Assembly (NCBI GenBank): GCA_951406725.2
Contig: OX597821.1
Span: 41,478,001-41,542,000 of the forward strand
Source: Octopus vulgaris
Taxonomy: Eukaryota
Length of the DNA: 64,000 bases
Direction of reading: 5' to 3'
In this document: positions 13,712 to 27,200 of the stretch, piece after piece
Layout of the letters: every line of letters begins with the position of its first letter
Position numbering within the stretch: position 1 is the stretch's first letter
Notes under the pieces: generated by a model
The model's input: only the letters and a program-made list of their open reading frames with translations
Databases searched by the model: none
Told to the model about the DNA's origin: nothing
Position numbers and translations under genes: made by a program

Positions 13712-14140
13712 TGAAACAATGTTTTGGTTGTTTATATTGTATTACATTAGAAATGACTGAGTCAATAGGAAGAGGCCTATTAGCCAGAACGACTGCAGTT
13801 CTTATTCAGTCACAGACACTCTTCTTATAATGGTCCAATCCATCAAACTTTAGCTTGATATCAATGTTCTTATAGTCGTTGTTTAACACCAAGCTAAGAC
13901 AAAGACACACACATACTTTTACACACACACAGACACACACGCACAATGGGCTTCCTTCAGTTTCTACCTACTAAATCCACCAAACACACTTTGGTAAACC
14001 TAAAGTTGTAGCAGAAGAACTTGCCCAAGGAGCCATGGATTGAGACTAAACCTAGAACCACGTGGAAAGAGAAGCAGACCATGCCCTGCATCTATCAATA
14101 TAATTTGGGAAGGTGATGGCTCCAACCAATTGTCCTGGAT

Positions 14141-14460
14141 GCAAGCATGGCTTAGTGGTTAGGGTGTTCTGTTCACAGTTGTAAGGTCATCAGTTCAATT
14201 CCTGGCAGTGCATTGTGTCTTTGAGCAAGGCACTTTATTTCCCATTGCTCCAAACAACTCAGCTGACAAAAATGAATTGTACCTGTAATTCAAAAGAGCC
14301 AGCCTTGTCACACTCTGTGTCACACTGAATCTCCCTGAGAACTGCATTAAGGGCACGCATGTCTATGAAGTTCTCAGCCACTTGCAAGTTAATTTCATGA
14401 GCAGGCTGTTCCATTGATTGGATCAACTGGAATTCTTGTTGTCGTAACTAACAGAGTTCC
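14141..14460 (+). mobile_element. SINE family C, tail type 2
   Basis: tggcttagtggttaggg A-box, gttcaattcc B-box, ctcagctg core; tail shared with 4512-4830 and 55840-56025. Confidence 0.85.
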
Positions 14461-15192
14461 AATTAGTTAAAAATTTAATCACTTATGGCACCAACAATTT
14501 CATGTTTGTTAAGAGAGATTTCATTTCTACATTGAACATGCTGTGTGACTCTGGAGAAACTGGCTGAATGGAGTGTGAGGTCGTTGATGCTAGGCATGTT
14601 CTTAGCAAAATAGATTAAAGAAATTCAGAAAGCAATTTAGAAGCTGCTAACAAAGGTGTAATCAGGTAGCTAAGAAGAAAGGAATCCCAGAAAGGGTTTA
14701 ACAGCTACCTATACTTACATTCTTGTACCTTGAGGATACACCCTCACAACTCATCAACACCATCTCTCTTTCCAGCTTTGGTAGCCATGTAATTCCACTT
14801 CTGCCAGACAATTCTTACTGTCTTTCTATCATACACTTTATCATACCTCTCGACATTGGTACAAAGTCACATTACTGAGGGACCCTGTCTTGTTACAAGA
14901 AAAGCACTGAGTGTACATTGTAAGGTGGTTGGCATGAGGAAAGGCATCCAGCTGGGGAAACCATGCCAGACTTTACAGCTCAACACAGTATGCAGGTTAT
15001 TGAGATCTTGTTTAACCCATGGAGGGTGGATGTTAAATGATGATGATGATGGTCATGATGAAGATGATGATAATGATGATGGCAATGGCAGCAACAATGA
15101 CAATGACAACAACAACAAAAATAACAATGACTACAATGATGATGATGATTGTGATGATGACAATAGCAACAATGATGATGGTAATAGTAGTA

Positions 15193-15247
<55 letters not shown>

Positions 15248-15274
15248 TACTAAAAATAACAGTAGCAATAATCA

Positions 15275-15649
15275 TAAGTAAATATAAAGACCTGGAAATG
15301 GAAATACAAACGATGTGAAATCTTAAAGTGAGAACTGTACCTGCTATTGTAGGTGCCCTGGGTATGATAAGAAAGGGGTGTCAGAAACATCTAGATAATA
15401 TCCTAGAAGAATCATGTCTCAGAGAAATTCAAAAGATTGTGCTGACAAGTACTGCCCACATCCTTAGAAAAACCCTGTCAATTTAAATGTCTGTGTTGTA
15501 TTGCATGAAGATATTTCGCTACTGACCGTGCCACATCCCCACACTTCCCAATCATTCAGTCATTCTGCAACGTCTCTTATCCTTCACTCGCCCTAGGACA
15601 CTGGGTGGGTCTCAGCAAATGATTGTAACAAACATGCAGATTAAAAGTA

Positions 15650-15650
<1 letters not shown>
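15275..15650 (+). mobile_element. Dong/R4-like LINE 3' end in (AAT)n
   Basis: KYKDLEMEIQTM*NLKVRTVPAIVGALGMIRKG...EIQKIVLTSTAHILRKTLSI* plus 3' UTR, then (AAT)n. Confidence 0.85.
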
Positions 15651-15693
<43 letters not shown>

Positions 15694-15699
15694 TAATAA

Positions 15700-15730
<31 letters not shown>

Positions 15731-15732
15731 AA

Positions 15733-15853
15733 TAGAACACTTTCCATACAATAACCATCAGAGCATCACAACAAATCACAGCACATACCCAAGGCACACA
15801 GAGCTGCGCTCGGTAGTGAAGTGAAAGCACACTATAAAAATAAAACTACTGAA
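15733..15853 (+). mobile_element. Dong/R4-like 3' UTR fragment (second subfamily)
   Basis: Near-identical to 55108-55228, which follows QKFALLGTAHILRRALSIQ*; (AAT)n on both sides. Confidence 0.85.
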
Positions 15854-15914
15854 TGATAATAATAATAATAAAATAATAATAATAATAAACTATAAAACTA
15901 TAAACTATAAAAGC

Positions 15915-16410
15915 TAATAAAAAGGCTAATAAACCGGATATTAACATAAGAGATCAGACAACAAAGATGTGTTTATTAATTGACATGAGTATTCCTTGCG
16001 ATCACAATATAATGGCGAAAGGATTTGACAAGATCAGTAAATATAAAGACTTGCTAATAGAAATTGAAAAACTGTGGCATTGCAAGGCGTCTACAGTACC
16101 CATGATTGTAGGAGTTCTAGGAATGATAAAAAAAGGTACTGAAACCTATTGGAAAATGATACCAGGCTTAACATCCCTACAGGAAGTGCAAAAAATCATG
16201 TTAACTGGAACGACTCATGTACTGAGAAGAGCATTATCGCTGTGAAAACAACATCCATTCATGAATTTATTTATTTATTAATTTTTTTAAATACATATTG
16301 TACCTGTGAATTTGTGTGTGTAATCTGGGAATGCATACAATGAGCTTCTCTGCCCTAGGTGTACAGAAAACACTCGGCGAGAAACGAAAGAAAATTTGAA
16401 GAAAGAAAGA
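15915..16410 (+). mobile_element. Dong/R4-like LINE 3' end (third subfamily)
   Basis: ANKPDI...CLLIDMSIPCDHNI...KYKDLLIEIEKLW...VPMIVGVLG...QKIMLTGTTHVLRRALSL* (PD..D..KY RLE signature). Confidence 0.9.
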
Positions 16411-16433
16411 AATAATAATAATAATAATAATAA

Positions 16434-16686
16434 AGGGTAAAGACCCCCTTCGGTCATGAATGACCATGGGATTGCACCTAGAAAGTTACCCTCCTAGACA
16501 CAAGTCCGGGCATGGTTGTTTATGGAAGACCAGCAGTCGCCCATGCATACCAGCCTCCCCTCTCCACACCACCAGTGTTATCCAAGGGAAAGACAAAGGT
16601 CGATACAGCTTGGCACCAGTGACGTCGCAACTCATTTCTGCAGCTGAGTGAACTGGAGCAACGTGAAATAAAGTGCCTTGCTCAAA
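16434..16686 (-). mobile_element. SINE family C core with tail type 3 (5'-truncated)
   Basis: Reverse complement begins ttgagcaaggcactttatttcacgttgctccagttcactcagctg, then an unrelated tail ending ...accgaagggggtctttaccc. Confidence 0.75.
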
Positions 16687-16906
16687 TAATAATAATAATA
16701 ATAATAATAGGTATAAAATTGAAATTTGAGCCCATCCAGAAAACAAGCATTACATGGCAATGCAATGAGCTTCTGCAAAGTTATCAAGACTTGAGAAAGA
16801 ACATAACACTTTGAAGAGTTGTTACATAAATGACTTCACCAGTAAAGAAGATATGTTTGATATAATAACAATAACAATAATAATAACAACAACAACAACA
16901 ATAATA

Positions 16907-17115
16907 ATCCTTTCTACTAAATGCACAAGGCCTGAAATTTGTGGGAAGGGGTCAGTCGATTAGATTGACCCCAGTATGCAACTGGTACTTAATTTATCAA
17001 CCCTGAAAGGATGAAAGGCAAAGTCGACCTCAGTAGAATTTGAACCTAGAAAGTAGCAATGAGTGAAATACGACTAAGCAATTTGTTCACCATGCAAACA
17101 ATTCTGTCAGCCCAC
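16907..17115 (-). mobile_element. SINE family B variant
   Basis: ccctgaaaggatgaaaggcaaagtcgacc core. Confidence 0.75.
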
Positions 17116-17349
17116 CAATCTTTTCCACTACAGACATAAGGCTTTAAATTTCAGGGTGGGGAAGCTAGTTAATTCCATCGACCTCAGTGTATAACTGGTA
17201 TTTATTTTATCAAATCCAAAAGAATGAAATGATGAGTTTATTGCATACGGTGCTCCGGTGCCTCACAACTTGTCAGAAAAGTGTAAACGAGGCAACAGAG
17301 AGCAGACATGGAAGTCGAGTAAAGACAGTAATGAAAGCCAGAGGGACAA

Positions 17350-17768
17350 GCACACCAATTCTACTATATGGCTCAGAAACCTGGACATTATCAAAGAAGC
17401 TTGAGGGGCAGTTGGATGGAACTCACACTCGCCTCCTTATGAGAGCTCAAAATATCTCGTGGAAGCGTCATCCAACCAAAGTACAAATATATGAGAAATT
17501 ACAACCTGTATCATCTCTTGTGAAAGGTAGAAGAGTCCAGTTTACTGGACATTGTTGTAGAGTTGAAAACAAGGTAATTTCTACTCTTCTCCTCTAGAAG
17601 CCATCTGCTCACGATACCAGAGGGCACACACTCTCCTACCCTGATGTAATCTCAAGGGATACAGGCATCCAGCAACAGGATCTCTATAATGCTATGATGG
17701 ACCGTGAAGTCTGGTGTAACATAGTAAATTCCATTGTCTCAACCACGGTCGAACAATGATGATGATGA
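17350..17768 (+). mobile_element. RTE-clade LINE 3' fragment ending (GAT)n
   Basis: PILLYGSETWTL...RAQNISWKRH...RRVQFTGHCCR...AMMDREVW; in-frame stop present. Confidence 0.9.
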
Positions 17769-18361
17769 CACCAGACAGAATAAAACACAAGAATAGAGAA
17801 AAGAGAACAGTAACAGAACCAAGGAGGACAAAAAAGGGTGGGTAGGTGAGAAGTAGCGTTGGGGAATTTTGAAGAAGCTTTGAAAAAATGCATTTGATTG
17901 TATGAAGTCTTGAGTCTTTATGTTCAAAGATCAAATCCTACCAAAGTCAGCCACAGGTTTTTCATTATTTTATTTAGCTCAGGTCAATGCTGACAGAGAA
18001 GAGGAGAGCCATAATGTCTTCCATTAGAATAAAATAATGTACCAGCTATATATTGGGTTTGATTCTCATAAAACATTCTAAACGTGAATGAAATTGTAAT
18101 GGCAGACATCATAGATCTCCTCTTCTCTGTCAGCATTGACCTGAGCTAAGTAACAAAACAACAACAGCAACAAAACAACAACAACAATAACAACAAAAAC
18201 TATAACCCTCAAAATATGCAAAGAAGCAAGCACAGACAGATTCACATACAAGAATTTTGGTTAAGTTTATTTCAGTAGATTTTTGATTTTTGTTGCAGTA
18301 AAGAAAGCAGCCACCTGCATCTGTACGCACCAACATGCATATGCAAAGAGATAAATGTGGA

Positions 18362-18451
<90 letters not shown>

Positions 18452-18982
18452 ATATATATGTATGTATGTATATATATATATTTGTATGTATATATACATA
18501 CGTGTACATATATATATATATATGTGCCTGTGTGTAGAGAGAGAGACAGACAAACAGATACAAAAGACAGAGACAGTGACAGAGAGGGAGAGAGAGTATA
18601 TGCATGCGTATACTTATGTGTGTATATATATATATATATACGCACATACGTACATATATATAAACACACACATAAATGTACACTCTTTTTCTCTCTCTCA
18701 TTTTCTCTACCTCTCTCCTTCTATCTCTCTCTCACTCTCTCTCTCTCCCTCCCTCTCTCTCTCTCTCTTCCAGACACACACATGATGCATATATACTCAG
18801 AAATCTGTGCAGATTAATTCAGTAAATTTTAGTTTCTGTAGAGACAGAAGCCATTCACATCCATACTGAATCCCACAAAGGTAATACCATATCTGTGGAA
18901 ACAACATACCAATACATACATATATACACATGCATATACATCCATATATACACACACATATACACACATATACACATATACA

Positions 18983-19015
<33 letters not shown>

Positions 19016-19089
19016 TCGTATAAAGATATATACATATTCGCGCTGATACCCACATACCTACATACAATCGCACGCTGATGCGCAAACAG

Positions 19090-19124
<35 letters not shown>

Positions 19125-20173
19125 CACTGAATTTAGTCATGGCAGAAGATATAGTAGTCATTTACAATTCAAAACACAATAGGAATGTTTAGAGTGACTG
19201 GCAGCTATTTCTTCCCTACCTCCTCCTCCTCCTCCTCAACTTTTTCACCTTCTCTCTGTCCCTCTCTCTCTCTCTCTCCATGTAGTTCCCCTTCCCCCTC
19301 TACTATCTCCCCACCGCCACCTTCAATATCTTTTTATTTCTCTTCTTCCCTATTTTCATTTTCAATATTTGTTTCTCTTTCTTTTTCATGTCATATTTTT
19401 TCTTTTATTACCTCCTCTTTTCTCTCTCTCTCTCTCTCTCTCCTTCACTTCCTCTCTCACTTTTTTCCTACATCTTCCTTTCCCAAATTTCAATAACTCT
19501 TACTTTCACTTTCCTCTCCTCCCTCCCTCCCTCTCTGCTTTATTCTATCTACCCTGTTCTTTCTTCACATCAGTCAATCCACCCCTCCGTTCCTATCCTT
19601 CACTCACACTGTTTCTCTCCCTCACTACCCACCCACCCATCTACAGTCTCTCCCATTTGTCTACCCTTCTCTCTCTCTCTCTCTCTCAATTCCTCTCCTC
19701 TCTTTCTCTGTTCTTCTCCTGCCCTCTCACTCTCACACAATCTCTTCTATTTATCTCACATTAAATTTTAGTCTTTCCAAACCACCCCTCCCCAACCTGC
19801 CACCATTCTAATTTTACCCATTTTCTCCAATACTTTCGTTCTCCCAATTTCTTATTCCCTCAATCTTTCATTTTTCTCTTTCCCTTTCCCATTCTTCTAT
19901 TCTTACTTCACCTTTTCTTTTTCACCCTTTCTCTCTCTCTCTCTCTCTGTCTATCTCTTTCTACCTATTTACCTATTTATATCTATCTATATTCCTTTCT
20001 CTCTTTCTCTCTCTCTCTCTCTATCTATCTATCTATTTATCTATCTACCTATCTATTTATCTGTCTGCCTGTCTATCTCTATATATCTATCTATTTATCA
20101 ATTTATCTATTAATCTATTGATATGCCTGTCTTTCTATCTGTCAATATATAACTCTCTATCTATCTATCTATC

Positions 20174-20206
<33 letters not shown>

Positions 20207-20326
20207 TTGACTCTCTGTCTATCTATCTATCTATCTATCTCCCCCCATCTCTCTCTATCTATCTATTTGACTTTTTCTATCTATCCCTCTCCCCCCTCTC
20301 CCCCTCTCTCTATCTATTTATCTCCC

Positions 20327-20374
<48 letters not shown>

Positions 20375-20693
20375 GCATGCCTGCCTGTCAGTCTGTCTTC
20401 CTCCATTAACATTCCCATACACTTCTTCCTCCTTTACTTTCCAAGTATTGTTTCAAACTGAAAATATTTTTTTCAAAAAATTCTTCTGCAAACACAATAG
20501 ACACTGTCAGCTCCACAGGGAAATCTATGATAATTCCTGACTTTCATGGTTGTTACATTGTTTTCAAGACACATATTCCTTGCATGTTCTTTAGTTCTTC
20601 TCTCTTGCTTTTTGTTGTTCTTCATTTTATTTCATTTGTGTATTATTGTTGTTATTATTATTATTATCATCATTATTATTATTATTATTATTA

Positions 20694-20727
<34 letters not shown>

Positions 20728-21213
20728 CATCATCATCATTATTATTATTGATGATATTATTGTTGTTATTATTATTATTAGCCTTGTTGTTTTTGTTGTT
20801 GTTGTTATTTTGTTCATTTCACACGACAGGCTTTACAATTCGCTCCAGTGATGAGGAAGGCCTACGTTTCAAATCTCTGTGGAATGGTATCTATTCTTCA
20901 CATGCATATGCATGCTAGTTGCTCAGACGTGCTGCTCTGCAGTATTTAGTTTAAACCAATGAATAGACGTTTTCAGTCCACCACACATATGCAGACACAC
21001 ATTGCAAACAGTCAAACGCATACACATAAACACACATACACATACATACACACTTATTAGCCCCAAGTGAATTTCATTTTCCATCAGATTTTATCGTTGA
21101 TAAAAGAAACACTGGTATTGTACAGGGAATAGAAGAAAATGGTCAAGTCTAGAAGATTACATACATACATACATACAAATATATATGTATATATACATGT
21201 ACATATATATAAA

Positions 21214-21325
<112 letters not shown>

Positions 21326-21388
21326 ATAAATAGAGAGATAGACATACATGTATATATATATAAATACACACATACATTAAATAAATAA

Positions 21389-21455
<67 letters not shown>

Positions 21456-21535
21456 TATGTATACACTCATACACATACAGACGCCTGCACACACACATAC
21501 ATATATATGCATAAATCTATACATAGGTATATATA

Positions 21536-21577
<42 letters not shown>

Positions 21578-21629
21578 CATATATATAAAAATATATCTAC
21601 ATATATATCTATATGTATATACATATACC

Positions 21630-22145
21630 TGTTGCCAGTACTGCTTGACTGGCTCCCATGCGGATGGCACATAAAAAGCACCATTCAAGCATGGTAGATA
21701 CCTATTTCTTTATTACCCACAAGGGGCTAAACACAGAGGGGACAAACAAGGACAGACATAGGTATTAAGTCGATTACATCGACCCCAGTTCGTAACTGGT
21801 ACTTAATTTATCGACCCCGAAAGGATGAAAGGCAAAGTCGACCTCGGCGGAATTTGAACTCACAACGTAACGCAGACGAAATACCGCTAAGCATTTCGCC
21901 CGGCGTGCTAACGTTTCTGCCAGCTCGCCGCCGTTTCCATGGTAGATACCAGTACCACCTGACTGGCCCCCTGGTTGGTGGCATGTAAAAAGCACCTCAG
22001 AGTGTTTGGTGATAGGAGAGCATCCAGCTGTAGAAACCTTGCCGGATCAGATTGGAGCCTGGTGCAACCTCCCAGCTTGCCAGTCCTCAGTCAAACCGTC
22101 CAACCCATGCCAGCATCAAAAGTAGACATTAAACGATGATGATGT
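21630..22145 (+). mobile_element. Family D retroposon interrupted by SINE B
   Basis: Family D motifs on both sides of the SINE B insert; tail ccaacccatgccagcat...ttaaacgatgatgat. Confidence 0.8.
21703..21937 (-). mobile_element. SINE family B, young copy
   Basis: 13-bp TSD catggtagatacc at 21690-21702 and 21938-21950; CpGs retained. Confidence 0.92.
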
Positions 22146-23203
22146 GTGTACATATATATGCATATACACATGCGAACACAACACACACATTCACATATAC
22201 AGGATAGGCATGGCTATGTGTTTATGAAGTTTGCCTCCCAACCACATGGTTTCTGGTTCACTCCCTCTGTGTGGCACCTTGGGCAAGTATCTGGTTCACT
22301 CCCTCTGTGTGCACTTTAGGCTGACCAAAGCCATGAGAGTTGATTTGGTAGATGGAAACTGAAAGAATCATGTCTTGTATGTGGAGTGGGGAGTTTTTTT
22401 GTGTTTGTACATAGAACATTATCCACACGACTCATCCATCACTCTTCCAGTGTGTTCTTCCCCCACCAGTTTTACCAAATGACCCCTGTTGCTAACCCCA
22501 CCCTTCTTTTCCATGCTATACTCCCTCCCTAATTAATATCTACTCTGCTACTCTTTTTACTGTCCCCTCCATCACAACTGTAAATCCATCTTTTCTTGTT
22601 ACTGTCATCACCTTGCACAGAATCTACTTATCCTCTTTCATCTGTTCTCCATCAGTTATGGGGGCCACTTTTGTCCCCTTAGTTCCCCTTTCCCTCAACT
22701 ATTGTAAGTCTCGAGGTTATCAGAATTTGTGCTGGAGTTTTGGAAAAGGCGGCCAATAAACTCTGTAAAATGGTTGGAAGTAGGAAAGACATGCAGGCTT
22801 AGAAATCATGAGAAAGCAGGCATTGGAAGAGGATTTGGTCCACTGATTCATCAGATCTTATCAAACCATTCAACCCATATCTGCATCGAAGACGGATGTT
22901 AAATGACGATGTTGATAATGATGATGTTGATCACGACAAAGATGATGACAACGACGATGATGATGGTGGTGGTGATGGTGGTGGTGACGACCAAACAAAC
23001 CACTTCCAAGTCATGATTAAAACTGCTAATCTGCTCGGAAAAGTAAATAGCTACTTGTTAGGTGTCAGTCAAGCACAATGTCCTCTGCCTTTCAAGTGCA
23101 ATGTGTATATGAAGTACAATACCTTTGCAGCAAAATGTATATACTAAACCTATATACAAAACATCACAACAGTAATCACTTTAACTCACTCTGAATAATA
23201 ATG

Positions 23204-23274
<71 letters not shown>

Positions 23275-23275
<1 letters not shown>

Positions 23276-23700
23276 TGATCCCCTGTGATCATAATATCTC
23301 TGCGAAAGAGTTTGACAAGCTCAGAAAATATAAAGACCTGCTCATTGAAATTGAGGAAATGTGGCATCTCCAAGCGGTTACAATACCAGTGATCGTAGGA
23401 GCACTAGGAATGATCAAGAAGGGAACCGAAAATTATATGAGAATGATCCCTGGCTTACCATCCCTGCAAGAAGTGCAAAAGATTGTCTTAACTGGTACAT
23501 CACATGTATTGAGAAGAGCATTGTCGATGTGAGAACTATTACTACCCATGTAATTTAATTTAACTTAAAAAAAAAAATGAACGAACTAGTGAGTTTAGTT
23601 TAATAGCCTACCAATGTATACTATGAGTTTCTTTGCCCTAGGAGTTGGGAAGACACTCGGCAAGAAATGGAAGCAAATTTGAAAGAAGAGGAAAAAGAAA
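23275..23700 (+). mobile_element. Dong/R4-like LINE 3' end in (AAT)n
   Basis: IPCDHNISAKEFDKLRKYKDLLIEIEEMW...VGALG...QKIVLTGTSHVLRRALSM*; (AAT)n on both sides. Confidence 0.92.
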
Positions 23701-23701
23701 G

Positions 23702-23798
<97 letters not shown>

Positions 23799-23806
23799 TA
23801 ATAATA

Positions 23807-24053
23807 ATAGTGCTCATGGGAACTGCTTATATCTTATGCAAAATACTTTCTATGTAATCTCAAATTTTAAAACAAATTCATAATTTTCTTATGGTTTCTT
23901 AAACATTCTCTAGAACAACACTATGTACAAAAGCAAATATATGGCACCATAGGCATAACACCAACATGAACTTCCAACTTGTTGTCTCTTGAGGTCTCTG
24001 GGTGAGACTTGGAGTCAACTTGTACAAATGTAAAGCAAAAAGCAAACATAAAG
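23807..24053 (+). mobile_element. Dong/R4-like extreme 3' end (another subfamily)
   Basis: IVLMGTAYILCKILSM* plus UTR, then (AAT)n. Confidence 0.75.
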
Positions 24054-24073
24054 TAATAATAATAATAATAAAA

Positions 24074-24444
24074 AACAAGGAAACTCAGTGAGCGCAAACC
24101 TTTGCCAAGGCAACACCAACGTCCTCTCAATGATTAGCCAACGATGATTTTTAAAATGAGAATATCTGTAATAAATTTGACTCCTCTCACAAATGAGAAT
24201 ACTAAAACTGAACTTGATCGCTTTCAAAATTTAAGTTAAAAAAATAGGAAAAATAATCCAGAATCCTTGTCCAGAACCAGATCATTCCCAAAATCTAATC
24301 AGTTTATGCCATTTACAAGGCCAAACATTTCTGAAAGTTTTATCTGGATCCATCCAGCAGTTCTTGAGATATCTTGTCCATGAACAAATGAGCAAACAAA
24401 TACAACTGAAAACAATACTGCCTTCACTAAGATGGAGGGAATAA
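24074..24444 (-). mobile_element. Helentron-associated non-autonomous element (HINE/DINE-1-like)
   Basis: Reverse complement starts ttattccctccatcttagtgaagg and ends ccttggcaaaggtttgcgctcactgagtttccttgtttt: degenerate subterminal inverted repeat, 3' hairpin, T-rich site. Confidence 0.6.
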
Positions 24445-24796
24445 AGAGAGAAATGAAACTGCTTCTGTAGATGTCCTTGCAAAGTGAACATGTGTGTTTT
24501 GTGTGAGTGTGTGCGTATGTGTGTGTGTGTGTGTCATGTGTGCGTGTGCACGTGTGTGTGTCATGCGTGCGTGTGCATGTGTGTGTCTTTCTGTTCACCC
24601 CCACCATCACTGCTTGAAAACCAATGTTGATGTGATTACATCCCATAACTCAACAGTTAGGCAAGCAAGACTGATAAAATAAGTACAAGGCTTAAAAATA
24701 AATCCTGGGGTTCACTCATTCATTTAATTAATAGTGCCTTAAAGTGCTGCTCCAGCTATGCCACAGACTAATGACTGGAATAAGTATATATATAAA

Positions 24797-24830
<34 letters not shown>

Positions 24831-24897
24831 CAAAGAAATAAATAAGATTCAGTTGAATTAGGTACTTAAGTTGATATATATACATATATATATGTAA

Positions 24898-24947
<50 letters not shown>

Positions 24948-24949
<2 letters not shown>

Positions 24950-25035
24950 GTTAATCCAAACAAGAAAACAAAAAGACAACAACGCAAGGACGTGGAACAA
25001 ATGAAGTATTATTGGACGCTCAGGAAAGAAGGGAA

Positions 25036-25038
<3 letters not shown>
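24948..25038 (-). mobile_element. PLE terminal-repeat (pLTR) end fragment in (TA)n
   Basis: Reverse complement ttcctgagcgtccaataatac...gtctttttgtttt resembles 44841-44922. Confidence 0.55.
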
Positions 25039-25083
<45 letters not shown>

Positions 25084-25556
25084 GCATATATATATTTCAA
25101 GCAGTTATAAAGAACACAAAAACTGGTGCATCACGAGATTTTTCTCTTAATTTCAGAGTTGGCCATACGGCATAATTATTTGGTTGCTATGACCAATACA
25201 TGTTTACACAAGTATACCTGAGAGCTACCACGGGACCCACCTAGATAATTTTATCCCTATACATTCACATTATGTATATATAAAAAGAAACAGAGTGATC
25301 ACCATCACCATCGTCATCATGATCATCATCTTCACCATCATTTAATGCCCATTTTCCATGCCGGCATTGGTTGGGTGGTTTGAAAGGAGCTGTCATGCCA
25401 GAGAGCTGCATTAGACTATGTTGTCTGCTTTGGCATGGTTTCTATGTTTGGAGGCCCTTTCTAAAGCCCATCACTTTACAGAGTGTACAGGTTGCTCATT
25501 ATGTAGCTCCAGCATAGTTGCTTTCTACATGGTGCGGTATAGTTTTGGCACCAGTG

Positions 25557-25592
<36 letters not shown>

Positions 25593-25724
25593 ATGTTGTT
25601 TTATGTATAAAACTGCAGAAAGTAATAAAGTATAAACTCAATGGTTATTCAGAACATTAAACTAAAACTTAAAATGTATTTTTCATGGAGAATGTTGACC
25701 TTTTACTGTTGACTTTCTTCCATA

Positions 25725-27200
25725 GGTTGAGGAAGCCAGTCTGCAGTAAATCTTCAAAATTACCAAATTTTAGTGGGTCCATCTCTTGAATCCCACAAAC
25801 GATCATTTTAGATATTTTTTTCTAAAGCCTATCAGATGGACACACATTATGCTACCTTCTAAAAAGTCGACAGAGTTTTCATTTGGTGAGTAAATGGAAA
25901 GGAATACAAATTAAAGACCAAGAAATTGTGGCATGAATAATAATGGTTTAATAAACTATTTAATGGAATAAATAAAAGCTTCATTGCCGAAAGAATAAAA
26001 TCTTTGCAGCAAAATAATCATTTCAATTTCATTCGTATCATTTACAAACATTTGGGAACGAATGTTGCCTCAATTTATGCTAATTTGATCGGAGGAATTT
26101 TCAAAGTCCAATTACACGAACCATTTAGATTAAGGTACAGTGACACCTTCAATAAATATATATTGAACAACTGGAAACGATACTTGGATGATTGCTTTAT
26201 CCAGTGGATTCAATGTCTGAATCACCTTAATGAGATGAAGTATTTAATTAGTAGTATAAACACAAGTATTTAATTTACAGTAGAATATAACCAAAAACTG
26301 CTACCCTTTTGGACACTTAATCATTAAAAGAGACGCTTGTATTGAAACCAATATCTATTTCAAAGCAACAGACTCAAAACAATATTTGTTATTTACTTCT
26401 TGTCATTTGAAACATACAAGAACAAATATATCATTTAATTTAACAATACGATTCTGTAGAATTGTATCTATTTTAGAATCTTGGGATAAACAACATCAAG
26501 AATTAATGAAAATAATGCTGAAAATACGGCAACCAGGAACATTAATTGATAATGGAATAGAGCATAACATATAAATAGCTATTCAAGAATTGTGGAGAGA
26601 AAAAGACACTTTAAATATCCGCAGAGTTTTGCCATATGCATCAACACATCAAAGAAATAGAGAAACGTGAATTATCAGAATATACCATTATTGAGAAATT
26701 GCACTCAAAACAAAACAGTAATTAAAAGTAAGAGATGGAATTCATAAAGAAAATATAACTCCACACAACCTACTGAAAATACAATTCTACCATTCAAAAA
26801 ATGTGAGAATTACAAATGCAGAATCTGGAATAATCATATTGAAGATATAACTTACAAATTTAAAACAGGACGTGTATTTACTTTAGTAAATACACATCCT
26901 GGATTTACTTCTTTTACACATCAGGAAATTAGATTTCGATTGTTACATGGAACAAATGAAATAGAGATTATAAAGAAAAAGTGACAGCGAGTTTAAGAAA
27001 AAGAATGCCTGCTCATTGTCAGCAAATATGAGGTACCAGTACCAGACAAATATTTGTCAATAAATATTTAAACTTATATGCAGCAAATAAATCCTTGAAA
27101 TACGAGGATCTCCAACTACACCAATCTGCTGATAATACTAGCAATAAAATATAGATAAATAAAAGGGATTGTATTTATTAAGAAACAGAAACAACATCTA
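25725..27200 (+). mobile_element. Decayed Penelope-like element (RT region)
   Basis: NNHFNF..GTNVASIYANL..WKRYLDDCFIQW..I*FTVE..LP; KATDSKQYLLFTSCHLKHTRTNISFNL. Many stops and frameshifts. Confidence 0.85.
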
